From assembly GCA_051294905.1 (NCBI GenBank), contig CM119384.1:4836001-4900000 (forward strand): a stretch of DNA of 64,000 nt, written 5' to 3'. The position numbers and the translations under genes are program-made. How positions within the stretch are numbered: the first letter of the stretch is position 1; the number at the start of each line of letters is the position of its first letter. The DNA is from Botryllus schlosseri (Eukaryota). Positions 1 to 10,250 of this stretch are shown here, piece after piece. The notes under the pieces were generated by a model. The model had not been told where the DNA came from and made no database searches. It was given only the letters and a program-made list of their open reading frames with translations.

Positions 1-2
1 AT

Positions 3-128
3 GGAAAATTTTTCCTCCTGGGATGCATCAATATGAATCAAGCTCTCTCCACTTTCCGCATAGCTGAATTTGCCGCTTTTGACAGTCCATACGAACGACC
101 GTTTTCACAACTATACTTACTTGAGTAG
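3..128 (+). CDS. Possible terminal coding exon of an unidentified upstream gene (truncated by window edge)
   Basis: Frame 3 is open from the window edge (GKFFLLGCINMNQALSTFRIAEFAAFDSPYERPFSQLYLLE*), followed by AT-rich UTR-like sequence containing ATTAAA near 188. No family recognised. Confidence 0.2.
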   Translation, partial: GKFFLLGCINMNQALSTFRIAEFAAFDSPYERPFSQLYLLE

Positions 129-393
129 ATTGGGTAGATTTAAGGTCAGTCAATTCTACTTCAAGTTGTTTTGGGTTGTATTTTGTATTAAAAATGTATT
201 AACAATCATTATTATAAATTTGTAAACTAATAACATTATGTAATGTCTCAATATTGTACGGAGGTCAGACTCAGGGTACGCTTAGATGACGCTGCGGCAG
301 CACGGTGTGATTAGATCACGTGATCACAAATTGTGGAAGCGCGCGGGAGACCACGCGACCTTCACCTATCGACCATGCGTGGTCTGGTCCTAC

Positions 394-1044
394 AGGGTTG
401 GTGTGATTGCATGCAAAATAAGGTCAGAAACATGCAAAATAAGGTCAGTCGCAACATGCAAAATAAGGTCAGTCACATGCAAAATAAGGTCAGTCCCGAC
501 ATGCAAAATAAGGTCAGTCGTGACATGCAAAATAAGGTCAGTCACATGCAAAATAAGGTCAGTCGTGACATGCAAAATAAGGTCAGTCACATGCAAAATA
601 AGGTCAATTGCCACATGCAGAATAAGGACAGTCACAAACTCACACATGTTAGTGTTATGGAAGGTCCTTAAGGTTGTGGGTTAGGGTCCCGGGTGGAGTT
701 CCTTAAGGGTTCGTGTAATTGGGTAGGGTTACTTAGGGTTTAGGGGGTTTGTTAGAATTGAGGTGCGGTTCATTAGGGTTTGGGTAATTAGGGTGGGGTG
801 GGGACATTAGGGTTGGGTGTTAGGGGCATTACACCCCCCAAAATACGCCAACCCAGCCCTAATGACCCTAACTTCAACTTAAAGGACCCTCATACCTACC
901 CTAACTAAACACGCTAACCCCCAACCCTAACATTATGGTGCTTGACCTTATTTTGCATGTCGCGACTGACCTTATTTTGCATGTTGAGACTGACCTTATT
1001 TTGCATGTTTCTGACCTTATTTTGCATGCAATCACACCAACCCT
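394..1044. mobile_element. Foldback-like non-autonomous DNA element with modular tandem-repeat arms
   Basis: The left end agggttggtgtgattgcatgcaaaataaggtcag is mirrored by ctgaccttattttgcatgcaatcacaccaaccct ending at 1044. Arms consist of 18-21 bp units (catgcaaaataaggtcagt..; about 10 left, about 4 right). The interior is TTAGGG-like on the left and CCCTAA-like on the right. This explains the repetitive ORFs 286-684, 333-671, 390-647 and 935-1156. Confidence 0.85.
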
Positions 1045-1107
1045 CCTCGTCTGGTCGGTATCGCTAATCTATCTGGCGGCGTACGTGTTTTGTCAAGTTT
1101 GGGAGGG

Positions 1108-2616
1108 ATGGATCTTTGCGTTCTATGCGAGATCGAAGTGTTGGAAAGCAAGCTGAAATGTGACGAGTGCAACACGTGGCAGCACATCAATTGTGACCCG
1201 CAGGCTACCGGTATGTCACAAGAAGACTACTGGAGAATTGTGGATGAAGATTGAAGCGTGTAATTGAAATGTTCAGCATGCCCTTCCGCTCCTCAGAGAT
1301 CAGTTCTGTAGTAACTTCCTTGGACCAGTAAACCTATAATATATTGGAGGGTGTATCGGAAAGAGGATGTGATATTCTGTTTGACGGTCGAGGTCATTCT
1401 TACACCAGCAAAATGAGAACAAAGATGGCTAAATTCTTTGGAGGTGCAAGACTCGCCCAGATGCATGCCAAGCAAAGGTCAACGTGCATGGTACCAAGTT
1501 TACGGAAGGCAAGCATCCTCATAATCACTCTTCAGTTCCTGGTGTCTTTTTAGACTGAGTCTATAGCTATAAATAATCATTTTTAAATCGGCAGCATGGA
1601 TTGCTCAAGCTGTCTCCAGATAACACTTGCTCATTGCTCAATAATAAGTGCCATAAGCCGGGACTGATACCAATTGCAGCAGCTTCAAACAATTCTCTAG
1701 TGACTGGGATACTGCATTGAAGTGGAGTAAGAACTTAGCTGTACATTTGTACAATGTATATAGTATGTCTTGTACCTACCGAAGTTGCGATGTCAGAACA
1801 TTCAATCCAATGATCCAGTGAATTCATGTGACTCTTACATTATGTAAAACAATCTGAATCTGACTTCATACTTGTCACTATGTCTGTTAAGAGTCAGATG
1901 ATATATGTAGCCTACATATAATTCGTTGATATGGATAAAATTTGGAGCGAATAACATGATTAATATTAATTAACTTTCACTAATTCAACTATTTTCCAAA
2001 TAGCTCTGTGGCAAACTTCTAAATGCTTTTATGGCATATTGTTTAAGAACTCCTGCTATAGGCAAATGTCGGGTAGAAAGAGTTGAATGTGACTTGGAAT
2101 TGGCAATTTGGAAGTCGTTAGCTGCAACTCTTCCTGCGGTAGATGTGAAGGCAGGGGTGTTCCTTCCACTTTACACAATGTGTATTTTGAAAAATTTCGG
2201 AGTTAGGGCTTTCTGTCATCAAGTAGTTGTACGAATACCTGCTACATGCCCGTGGGACTTACGGAGCTCGGCTTTGACTGCGGTGTAAACATACTGACCC
2301 CAAACTGGAACCGCTATATGACTATATGCAGAGCGCATGGATAACCTCTTTGAACTGGCAGCCACATAGTTTGAGTGTTTATCTAACGGCAATCAGCACC
2401 AACAATGACGTTAAGTGGTGGCACACTCGCCTGAACATGCAAAGAGGGTGCAGCATGCCAATGTATAGCCTTATCCTCTTGAAGGAGGAATCGTTTTCGT
2501 ATGAGCTTGTGGCACTACTTTCGAACTGCAAGATCAAGAAACGTGGCCTCAGTGGATTGATGGCAATTATACACATTGTGATGCAATTAAAAAAAGAAAA
2601 GAAGACCCCTCGTTGA
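1108..2616 (+). pseudogene. Decayed Mutator-like (MULE, Phantom-type) transposase: PHD finger + FLYWCH + catalytic core
   Basis: ATG at 1108 gives MDLCVLCEIEVLESKLKCDECNTWQHINC...D*SV*LKCSAC (PHD, two stops). About 1340-1490: YNILEGVSERGCDILFDGRGHSYT..(fs)WRCKTRPDACQAKV (FLYWCH). About 2080-2210: VECDLELAIWKSL..(fs)GCSFHFTQCVF*KISELGL (MULE D..E and CxxH). About 2335-2500: WITSLNWQPHSLSVYLTAISTNNDVKWWHTRLN (MULE C-terminal TNN motif). Confidence 0.8.
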
Positions 2617-3426
2617 CCTATTTCTGACGAACAATCCAGATCTGTTGCTGATTCATATCTGATCAGTGATCATTGCTTTAGATATTAGATGTGATTTTGT
2701 CATTATATTTAATAATTAGATGTGGAGGCATTATGATGCAACAGTAAGTTGGAGTGTATAAAACAAAGCACAAGCAAATCTCACTGCGATTGGGTTGCAT
2801 TGTTCTTTTTATTTGACCAAAGGCAACCACTGCTAAGGCAGCTTATTCCGAATAGCATTGTTGTATCACAATACCAAAATTTGAGTCTAATTTCGGGGGT
2901 TCCAGGGCCAGGCAAAATAGAAGATATATTTTTGTAATCAGTACCTACGTCGGTTTAAATTGATACCAATTTTATCAAATTTAGTGCTGCAAGTTGTCTT
3001 TGTCAAATAGAAGGGATGATGTCAAGGTCAACCAATGGCAGTGAGACGGTTGCGTACTCGGTGGAGAGTTCGATATCATGGCACATGAAACTTTCCTATC
3101 TGAGAATATTCATCTGATATTTAATGGATTTATACTTGAAAATTCTTTAACTGCCCAAGTTCATTGATAATCTAACAGCTTTTTCATAAGACAATGTACT
3201 AAATCACTTGGCCCCTTACTAACAATGCATCTGGACGTGGTGATTACGTCAATTTAAATAGTGAGAGATAGCAGAAGTTTGAGGCTTAATTGGGACCAAG
3301 ACCATTTTTTTGAGGTTGACAAATTGTTATGTCCTGCTCTGTAGGCCCTGTCTTAATCTTCAGTGAACAGGTGTTTGTGCATGAAAAAGTGACTATTTTT
3401 AATCATCGGTCTGGTTTCTCCTAAGG

Positions 3427-4117
3427 CAGTGGTTCTCAACCTTTTTGGCTTTGCAGACCCTCTATTTTTTAGTTCAAATTTTACTCAATTATCGTGCAAC
3501 CGTGATATGTCTTGTGCAAATATCAACTCTCTTTGTCTCGAAATTGGGAAGACTTACCATTTCAAAGCGAATTCTGTAAATGCACTTCCTGAAATACGCG
3601 ATCGTGTCTTCAAAATCCGAGGCGTTGGTTTGATATGAACGAGTCGTGAAAATCCGTTTCCACGAAGATAGGTGGTGGTGAATGTAATAATGCGTGACGC
3701 TTCTGACGCCACTTTTTAGGTATGGTTGCATCATATATGCCACCGAAATTGCGAAACATATTTTATGAACATATAATGTCCAGCATAGTCATTTCTATCT
3801 AGCAGCTAATCTTTGAAGTCATTCTGGAATATCGGTTAGTTGTATATATGACAGGAGAAAATGGATTTTTGCAACAAAAAAAACACATCTCTGAACCGCA
3901 ATGAGTAGGCTATGGCAATTAAAATTTGCAGAGTGTAGTTTTTCATCTCGGACGGTCATTGTGTTCATTTGAGTTTGAGTTTTTGCAGTTATAAACCGAT
4001 AGTGCCTCGTGATTTCTCAAGTTAGAAAATACAAATTAGGTTATCGACCATTTTGCAAAGTTGGAGGTTTCGCGGACCCCTTGAAAGTGTTTCGAGGACC
4101 CCGGTTGAGAACCACTA
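3427..4117. mobile_element. hAT (Charlie-like) MITE
   Basis: TIRs cagtggttctcaacc / ggttgagaaccacta; flanking 8-mers tcctaagg and tccaaggg (6/8 match, degenerate TSD). Confidence 0.7.
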
Positions 4118-4334
4118 TCCAAGGGGGTAATTTTGGCAAAAGGGGTCCACGAGGTCAATACCGTTGGTAGCCTAACTACTGATTTAGAGTTCCAAATCTT
4201 TATATAAAATTGAGCTCGTAGACTAGCCTATACTGAGAGAATGTTTTCAAATGCTGATATCCTGTATAACAAGGTCATCACTACGACCAAGTCAGCTTCT
4301 GTACGCCTACTCCATTGAAAAATTACGGTTGCCC

Positions 4335-4585
4335 GACATATGAGCATGCGACACAATGGAAAACGACAGTTCAGCATGGAACACATCAGCATGCGTCACT
4401 TCAGCATGTGACTGTATAACCCAAAAACGTACCCTAACCCGAAACCTAACCTAACCTAGCCTTACCTAACCTAAAGCCTAACCCTAACCCAACCATAAAT
4501 CCAACCCTAACCCGTAATTTAACCCACATGCTCATGTGTCGCATGCCGAAGTCTCGCTTGCTGTAGTGTCGCATGCTCATATGTC
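4335..4585. mobile_element. MITE with 20-bp inverted repeats and a telomere-like (cctaac)n core
   Basis: gacatatgagcatgcgacac (4335-4354) is the exact reverse complement of gtgtcgcatgctcatatgtc (4566-4585). Interior ccctaacc/acctaacc repeats. A diverged copy lies at about 61470-61680. Confidence 0.75.
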
Positions 4586-4762
4586 CACGGACCAGAAATC
4601 ACCACTGTTTTCTGTTTATCCAAATGACTGGTTGTATGTTTCAATGGCCTTGATTGACAAAGTTTAGGATCTACTAAGTTCTCTATGTTAATACCTTGAT
4701 TTTTACCACGTTCAATTATGTTATATATTTTTAGGTTCTACATAATTACTCTTGTCGATTAA

Positions 4763-6676
4763 ATGTCAGCAGCACAAGCATCAAAAGGCACGCTTTCCGA
4801 TAAAAATGGTGCGTCGTTAACAAGGACAGAGGATGGAAAACGGCATGGTGTTGATGATGTGGCTGAAGCAACGAAACATAAGGCACCTGTTCATGATAAT
4901 CAAGTCATCCGTCAACTAAGAGTGGTTCTGTGGAGGTTTGACGACATGTTAAAAACGTCCACCAGAAAAAGAAAATATAACAAGGACAAGGATAGTGATG
5001 ATGATGATTTGGTCACAATATATAACATGGCTGACGGCGGAGTAAAAACAGTCTACAGAATAAGAAAACTGAATAAGGCTAACGATAGTGAGGTTGATTT
5101 GGTCAACAATGAATCTGACAAAGTGAATGACATCTGTCCGCAAGAAGATGATGCTGACTTGAAGAAAGTGAAATTCAAAGGCCCTGTACCTGTTGATAAC
5201 TATTGCAACTTGACAGAGTATCACGTATACATCGATAAAACTACGTACTCCAAATTCAACGTGCACAATGCCATGCTGAGCCAAACCAACATTGGTTTTA
5301 ACAGCAACAAATATTACTTGGTTCAGCTGCTGGAGCACGACACTAAATATGAGTATGCGACCTGGTACAGGTGGGGACGGATTGGCAAAATTGCTGGAAC
5401 AACTTTGAAGCATCACGGAGCCAACCTTGAAGCGGCCAAGGCCGTGTTCAAGAAGAAGTTTGAAGACAAAACTGGGAATAGCTGGGATCATTTAGTCGCC
5501 TCGCCGGGTGAGAACTTTGTAAAGTTACTGCATAAACACGATCTACTTCAAATGGACTACGGAGAAGATGTTGAGGAAAAGAGAGAAATGAAAAGGCCGA
5601 AAAAGGAGAAACAAGATGTGCCGTCGAAACTTGATCCGCGTGTTGAAGAAGTCGTAGACCTGATATTTTATGTCAACGAATTCGACGCTCGCTTTAATCA
5701 GATGAAGTATGACGTGGCGAAAGGGCCTGTTGGTAAGCTTTCGAAGAAACAGGTCATAGCAGGCTACCATTCGTTGAAAAAGATTGAAAAGTTAATCGAA
5801 GGACGCTCGGAACTACCTGCTCTATCGGAAGCGTGCAGTGAATTCTACACACGCGTACCTCATGATTTCGGAATGGAAGTGCCTCCAATGATATTCACTA
5901 AAGGTGACTTGCGAATCAAAATGGAGCTATTGAAGGCATTGTCCGACATACGAATTCCTATTGAAATGATCGACGAGGATCAGCTTGGAAGCGAAATGAG
6001 CATCAAGGACTATCGTTACAAATCCTTGGGATGCAAACTAGACCCACTTGATGCTGATGATGTTGAATTGAAAACCATCCTGGACTATGTTGCTAATTCT
6101 AACAGATCCTCCCTGAACCCATGGATATTGACTGTTGAAAATGCATACCGAATACATAGCGAGCAATCTTCGCAATTCAAAGAGGAGATAGGTAACAAGA
6201 TGTTGTTGTGGCACGGATCACGCTTGACTAATTGGGCAGGAATATTGAGGGAAGGCCTGAGAATAGCTCCACCAGAAGCTCCGTTAACGGGGTACGGTAT
6301 GTTCGGCAAGGGCATCTACTTTTCAGATGTCGTTTCAAAGTCTGCCAATTACTGCCACCCACCTCCTTGGCAGCCGTGTGGACTTCTTCTTCTGTGTGAA
6401 GTGGCGCTTGGGAACACGAATGATAAAGTACATGCTGATTATTACGCCGATAAATTACCAGAAGGAAAGTCAAGTACCAAAGGTCTTGGCAAAGAAGTCC
6501 CTGATCCTAAAGGCAATATCACTCTCAGCTGCGGAACCGTTGTTCCACTTGGAGAGCTAAAGATGCTGGACAATCAGGAAGATTATTATCTTTTGCACAA
6601 CGAATACATCGTTTATGATGTCAATCAAATTGTGCCAAGATACTTGGTCAGGGTGAAGTTCGACTTCGGTATCTAG
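4763..6676 (+). CDS. PARP2: PARP2-like poly(ADP-ribose) polymerase (basic/acidic N-terminus, WGR, helical regulatory and ART domains), intronless, 637 aa
   Basis: WGR domain (NAMLSQTNIGFNSNKYYLVQLLE..WYRWGRIG), helical domain (PVGKLS..AGYHSLKKIE..ACSEFYTRVPHDFG), catalytic LLWHGSRLTNWAGIL..GKGIYF..SKSANYC..NEYIVYD with H (6212), Y (6317) and E (6602). No zinc fingers or BRCT. Splice-acceptor-like tttttag ends at 4734; AATAAA near 6980. Confidence 0.9.
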   Translation: MSAAQASKGTLSDKNGASLTRTEDGKRHGVDDVAEATKHKAPVHDNQVIRQLRVVLWRFDDMLKTSTRKRKYNKDKDSDDDDLVTIYNMADGGVKTVYRIRKLNKANDSEVDLVNNESDKVNDICPQEDDADLKKVKFKGPVPVDNYCNLTEYHVYIDKTTYSKFNVHNAMLSQTNIGFNSNKYYLVQLLEHDTKYEYATWYRWGRIGKIAGTTLKHHGANLEAAKAVFKKKFEDKTGNSWDHLVASPGENFVKLLHKHDLLQMDYGEDVEEKREMKRPKKEKQDVPSKLDPRVEEVVDLIFYVNEFDARFNQMKYDVAKGPVGKLSKKQVIAGYHSLKKIEKLIEGRSELPALSEACSEFYTRVPHDFGMEVPPMIFTKGDLRIKMELLKALSDIRIPIEMIDEDQLGSEMSIKDYRYKSLGCKLDPLDADDVELKTILDYVANSNRSSLNPWILTVENAYRIHSEQSSQFKEEIGNKMLLWHGSRLTNWAGILREGLRIAPPEAPLTGYGMFGKGIYFSDVVSKSANYCHPPPWQPCGLLLLCEVALGNTNDKVHADYYADKLPEGKSSTKGLGKEVPDPKGNITLSCGTVVPLGELKMLDNQEDYYLLHNEYIVYDVNQIVPRYLVRVKFDFGI

Positions 6677-7130
6677 TGGATATGATATTGGTGCTGTGCA
6701 ATTTCTTCATCACCGTTTCTACACTCTCCTGATCGGATCTGACATTCGTCACCTACACTGTTCTTTTCATACTCCTGGTTTTTTATTACGATGTTTCCGG
6801 GTATTCTTCAGTTTCTTTAGTTGCAATGTTGCCATTTTCGTTGTTCCAAGGTGGTTTAGTGATTATCCTTGTCGCATGTGAGTCTGTATGAGTCACCACG
6901 AAAATCATGTGCTTTGCTTGCATACACTTCCATGTTTCATTTCATCCTGTGCTTATCACAATCTTGGTGATGCATTGAGAATAAACTAGACAGTTTCAAT
7001 GATGCAGTAGCCCAAGGTTATCTGGAAGGTTCCTGTTAAGTTCTAGCTACCTATATTAGGTCAGGTGAACAGTGACAGTGCAGATAGACGGTGTCAATGT
7101 AGTTACTGATGGTACTTGAGTCGGTCATTC

Positions 7131-7390
7131 TAGGGTTACCATATTTTGGAAATCCGAAAAGGGGACACCTTTTCAAAATTTTCAGACTTATAATACTGAA
7201 GTAAAATCTGAAAAAGAATGGTTAATTTTTCCCCACATTGTGGTTGGTTGACTGAAAAAAGGTCAACTTCCCGGCCCAGCTCCCGAAATAACGTTACTTC
7301 AGTGATGATTTTATCTCAGTGGAATTGAACCAAAATTCTCAAGAGACGACAAGGGCGCCCTCCTAGGACACTTCCAAAAAATTGGACGCA
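7131..7390 (+). mobile_element. Non-autonomous hAT-type element, same family as 37530-37828 (right end approximate)
   Basis: Starts tagggttaccatattt..ggaaatccgaaaagg, matching agggttaccatattttggtatcggaaaagg at 37530; shared internal aaaaaaggt..cccgaaat segment. Confidence 0.55.
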
Positions 7391-8164
7391 TAATAACCCT
7401 ATATTTATTGAAATTTAATCAGACCAAAACACCACATGATTACGATATAAAAATTGGTGGGTGTCGAAATGACTTGGCTTTGTCTTTTAATTTGACACCC
7501 CCTGGGCCTAGAGAAAGGGGTCCTCCACGGACTAGTTCCGTGGTCAATGACCACTGGTCATGGACATTCAATATATTGCCAACGATTTCATCATTTCGAT
7601 ACACCACGAGACTGCGATGCTACAATGGAAGATGGGAATGGTGTCGAAACGACTTGAAGTAGTCTTTTAAATCAGACACGAGAAACCCAGATGACCCAGA
7701 GGCGAAGTAGAGGCATGCACAGTGCACAGTGCGCACTGAATGAAGAGTAAAGCAGATAATATAAGAGGCAAGCGACAAAACGAGGTGACATGTGGCGGAA
7801 GCACTGAGCGAGATCGATATGTTTGGTCGTGGTCCGGTAACCCTGAATGCTGACTGTCTGATAGCCGGCGAGATACTGTTCCACTATATATAACTAACCC
7901 ACGTTCCACACTGCTGGTCCGGCATATTTGATTATGTAGATTACCAACCCACGTACCTACCGTAGGTAAGTTATGTCTAGTATGGTAGAGCGGTGATCTT
8001 TTTTTGTCGACCACGCTGGGCAAAGATCAAGTGAAGTCTGAACTCGATCACGAAGGTCGAAATATTTATATCATTACTGTTCTCTGTTCTTGCGGTTGGA
8101 ACAATGAGAAATATACATCTATATATCATTGGGTTGGAATGAATATGAAAATGATTGCGATGTT

Positions 8165-8472
8165 CAAGATAGCGTAATGGTTAAGCGTCCGGCTTCTTGA
8201 TCGGTAGGTCGTGGGTTCGATTCCCGGCCGGGTCAGACCAAAGACCTGATTAGTAACACTGGTATCCATGGCTTCCCTGCTTGGCGCTCATGCATTACTG
8301 GGATAGCATGGAGGGGTGGTGCATGACTTAGAAAGTCGTAAAGGCTATATCTGCACTTCCTTGTCCAGCGGCATATGCACATCATGCACTCATGGTATGC
8401 ATATGCGCAGATCGTGTGTATGTATATCATGAGTCGGTGTATATGCCGCAAAAACATCAAGGACAAAAATAA
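8165..8472 (+). mobile_element. tRNA-derived SINE (tRNA-Arg-like head)
   Basis: A box tagcgtaatggtt, B box ggttcgattcc, ctTCTtg anticodon-like loop, then the non-tRNA core gtcagaccaaagac..cttccctgcttggcgctca and a shared 3' tail. Further copies occur on the minus strand. Confidence 0.85.
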
Positions 8473-9104
8473 ACTACGTCCTTTCCTTTCCTTCCTTTCA
8501 AAAAATATTGGCCTAATTTTCTATTCCAAGTTCCAACCAACCGTTAGCTGGCGCGGGCTCGCGAGTTGTCTGTAGCGAATCGATGTTGATTGATGGGCAC
8601 GAAGTGAGGGAAATCAACATTATATACAACTTGTCGACTGTGCGGTTTTATATTTACGAGAAGAAATGGAGTTGAAGAAATCAGGATACCATATGTCTAT
8701 AATGCTAACCTACCAAAGTACTGGGATATAAGGATATGATTATGAATCAGCCAAAAGAGGCGAGACGCATATACGGTATATGAGTATTGTAGTTGAGCTA
8801 TTCAAGGGCAATTTGATAGCTTTATACTCCTCTTTCTTGGTAGAATGACCAATTGGTACAGGAGAAAATATATTTTCGTTGTGCAAAGGTACAATTTTTA
8901 GGCTTGACCAACTGTTTCTTGACAAACAATGATCTCGCATCACGTCATGTTAATATTGATTGAATAACTGAGCACGACATAAGGGTTTTTCATAATCATA
9001 GTCAATTGTCTATATATGCTCAGTATAAAAGTAAAAAAGACCACCATTTATTTGCTACCAAGTGAAATATTTGGGGTAAATAGAGTAATTTTGATGTTTC
9101 AGGG

Positions 9105-10230
9105 CAGGGGCGTAGACAGGGGGGTAGAATGGAAGAACGTTCTACCCCCTTCCAGGCTCGATTCTATCCCGGAAATCCCAAGTCAACGCTACTGCTATAA
9201 CAACATTTCTTCACGTTATCGCCTAATTTCAATTTGCTGCGCGCGACGCCGATCACCGACGCTGATTACATGCCTTTTTTTCGTCGATCTCTCGTCTATG
9301 GAAGCACGTCTATGCAAGCGTGAAAGGGGCATTGTTACATTTCTCTCTTGGCGAGGTTAGCGATCAGCTTAATCCCTTTATTCTGAATGCAGTCGTCAAG
9401 CAATAATAACATTTGTCGTGTCGTTCACGCGTTGTTTTCTCATCAACAGTTAATTGTAAACGATAAGGAACATTAATAACATGAAAATAACAACTTATAA
9501 CTGAATGAAATCATGTTTTATAGCAATCGCATCTGATTCGTGCTTTGCCGAACTCCAGCCTGTTCCCCAAAACAGCGTGAAGACACAATACATTCGATTC
9601 ACATTTTATTTTTGACGCCATTGTTGTGCATTGTCTTGACCTCAATGACCATCTATAAGTCATACTAGATTATGCCTTTCGTGATCGGTATCCCACCGGG
9701 ACGCATTCAGCCTTCAATAGCCGTGCCGAAACTTTGAGATCCCCTCACTTTGCGGATAAGTCATTATTCACACGCCGGTACAATTAGTATATGCGCCATG
9801 TTCGAAATGAATGGAATTAAAACGCCGAGAAGACGTTACTCTTACACGCGAATTGAATCATGTCCAAATTCATGAAAATATAACAGATTCTGCGCTGTAT
9901 AGATTGTTCGTCGTGAAATGTTGTTGTGGTATTCTTTCAAGGTCGATTACTTATTTGAATACAAATAAGATCTCCTGCACTGTCACGGGATGAGCGCGTG
10001 CGCATCGTAACATGATCCCCGTGCAAGTTGTTGATTGCTAACAGACCCCCGAGCAAGCTGTTGATTGCTAACTCGCTTTCAGTAATTAGATCCGCCAATC
10101 AGTTACGCTTTCAAAAGCGTGCGGTACGTAATACAGAAGTCGCTGTCGCTAAAGGTATGACGCATAGAGGCTCATTCTTCCCCCTTTATTCAGTTCTACC
10201 CCCTTTTTATCTCGGCTGGCTACGCCCCTG
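9105..10230. mobile_element. Non-autonomous hAT element, 1126 bp, perfect 8-bp TSD
   Basis: TIRs caggggcgtag / ctacgcccctg; identical flanks tttcaggg at 9097-9104 and 10231-10238. Confidence 0.9.
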
Positions 10231-10250
10231 TTTCAGGGGTACACGTGGCA
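9780..10250. promoter_or_regulatory. Housekeeping-promoter-like motif cluster upstream of PBRM1
   Basis: YY1-like cgccatgtt (~9794), NRF1-like gcgcgtgcgca (~9995), a duplicated caag(t/c)tgttgattgctaac (~10024 and ~10054), CCAAT box gccaatcag (~10095) and E-box cacgtg (~10243). Motif matches only; the TSS is not determined. Confidence 0.35.

Noticed and set aside
286-1156. Repetitive ORFs (TCKIRSV.., MQNKVS.., DLILHV..) as proteins
   Set aside because: Open in several frames on both strands because they are translations of the 18-21 bp repeats in a foldback element.
4763-6676. PARP3 identity, suggested by human PARP3 lying near PBRM1 on 3p21, or horizontal/viral origin
   Set aside because: Motifs (KGPVPVD, APPEAP.TGY.MFGKGIYF, SKSANYC, VPLG) match PARP2/PARP1 rather than PARP3, and nothing in the sequence supports a foreign origin.
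7660-8023. Separate small gene or ORFs downstream of PARP
   Set aside because: No recognisable domain or consistent exon chain; only a lone TATA-like motif and a donor-like gtaagt.
8165-8240. Functional tRNA gene
   Set aside because: No closing acceptor stem; it continues into a SINE body present in other copies.
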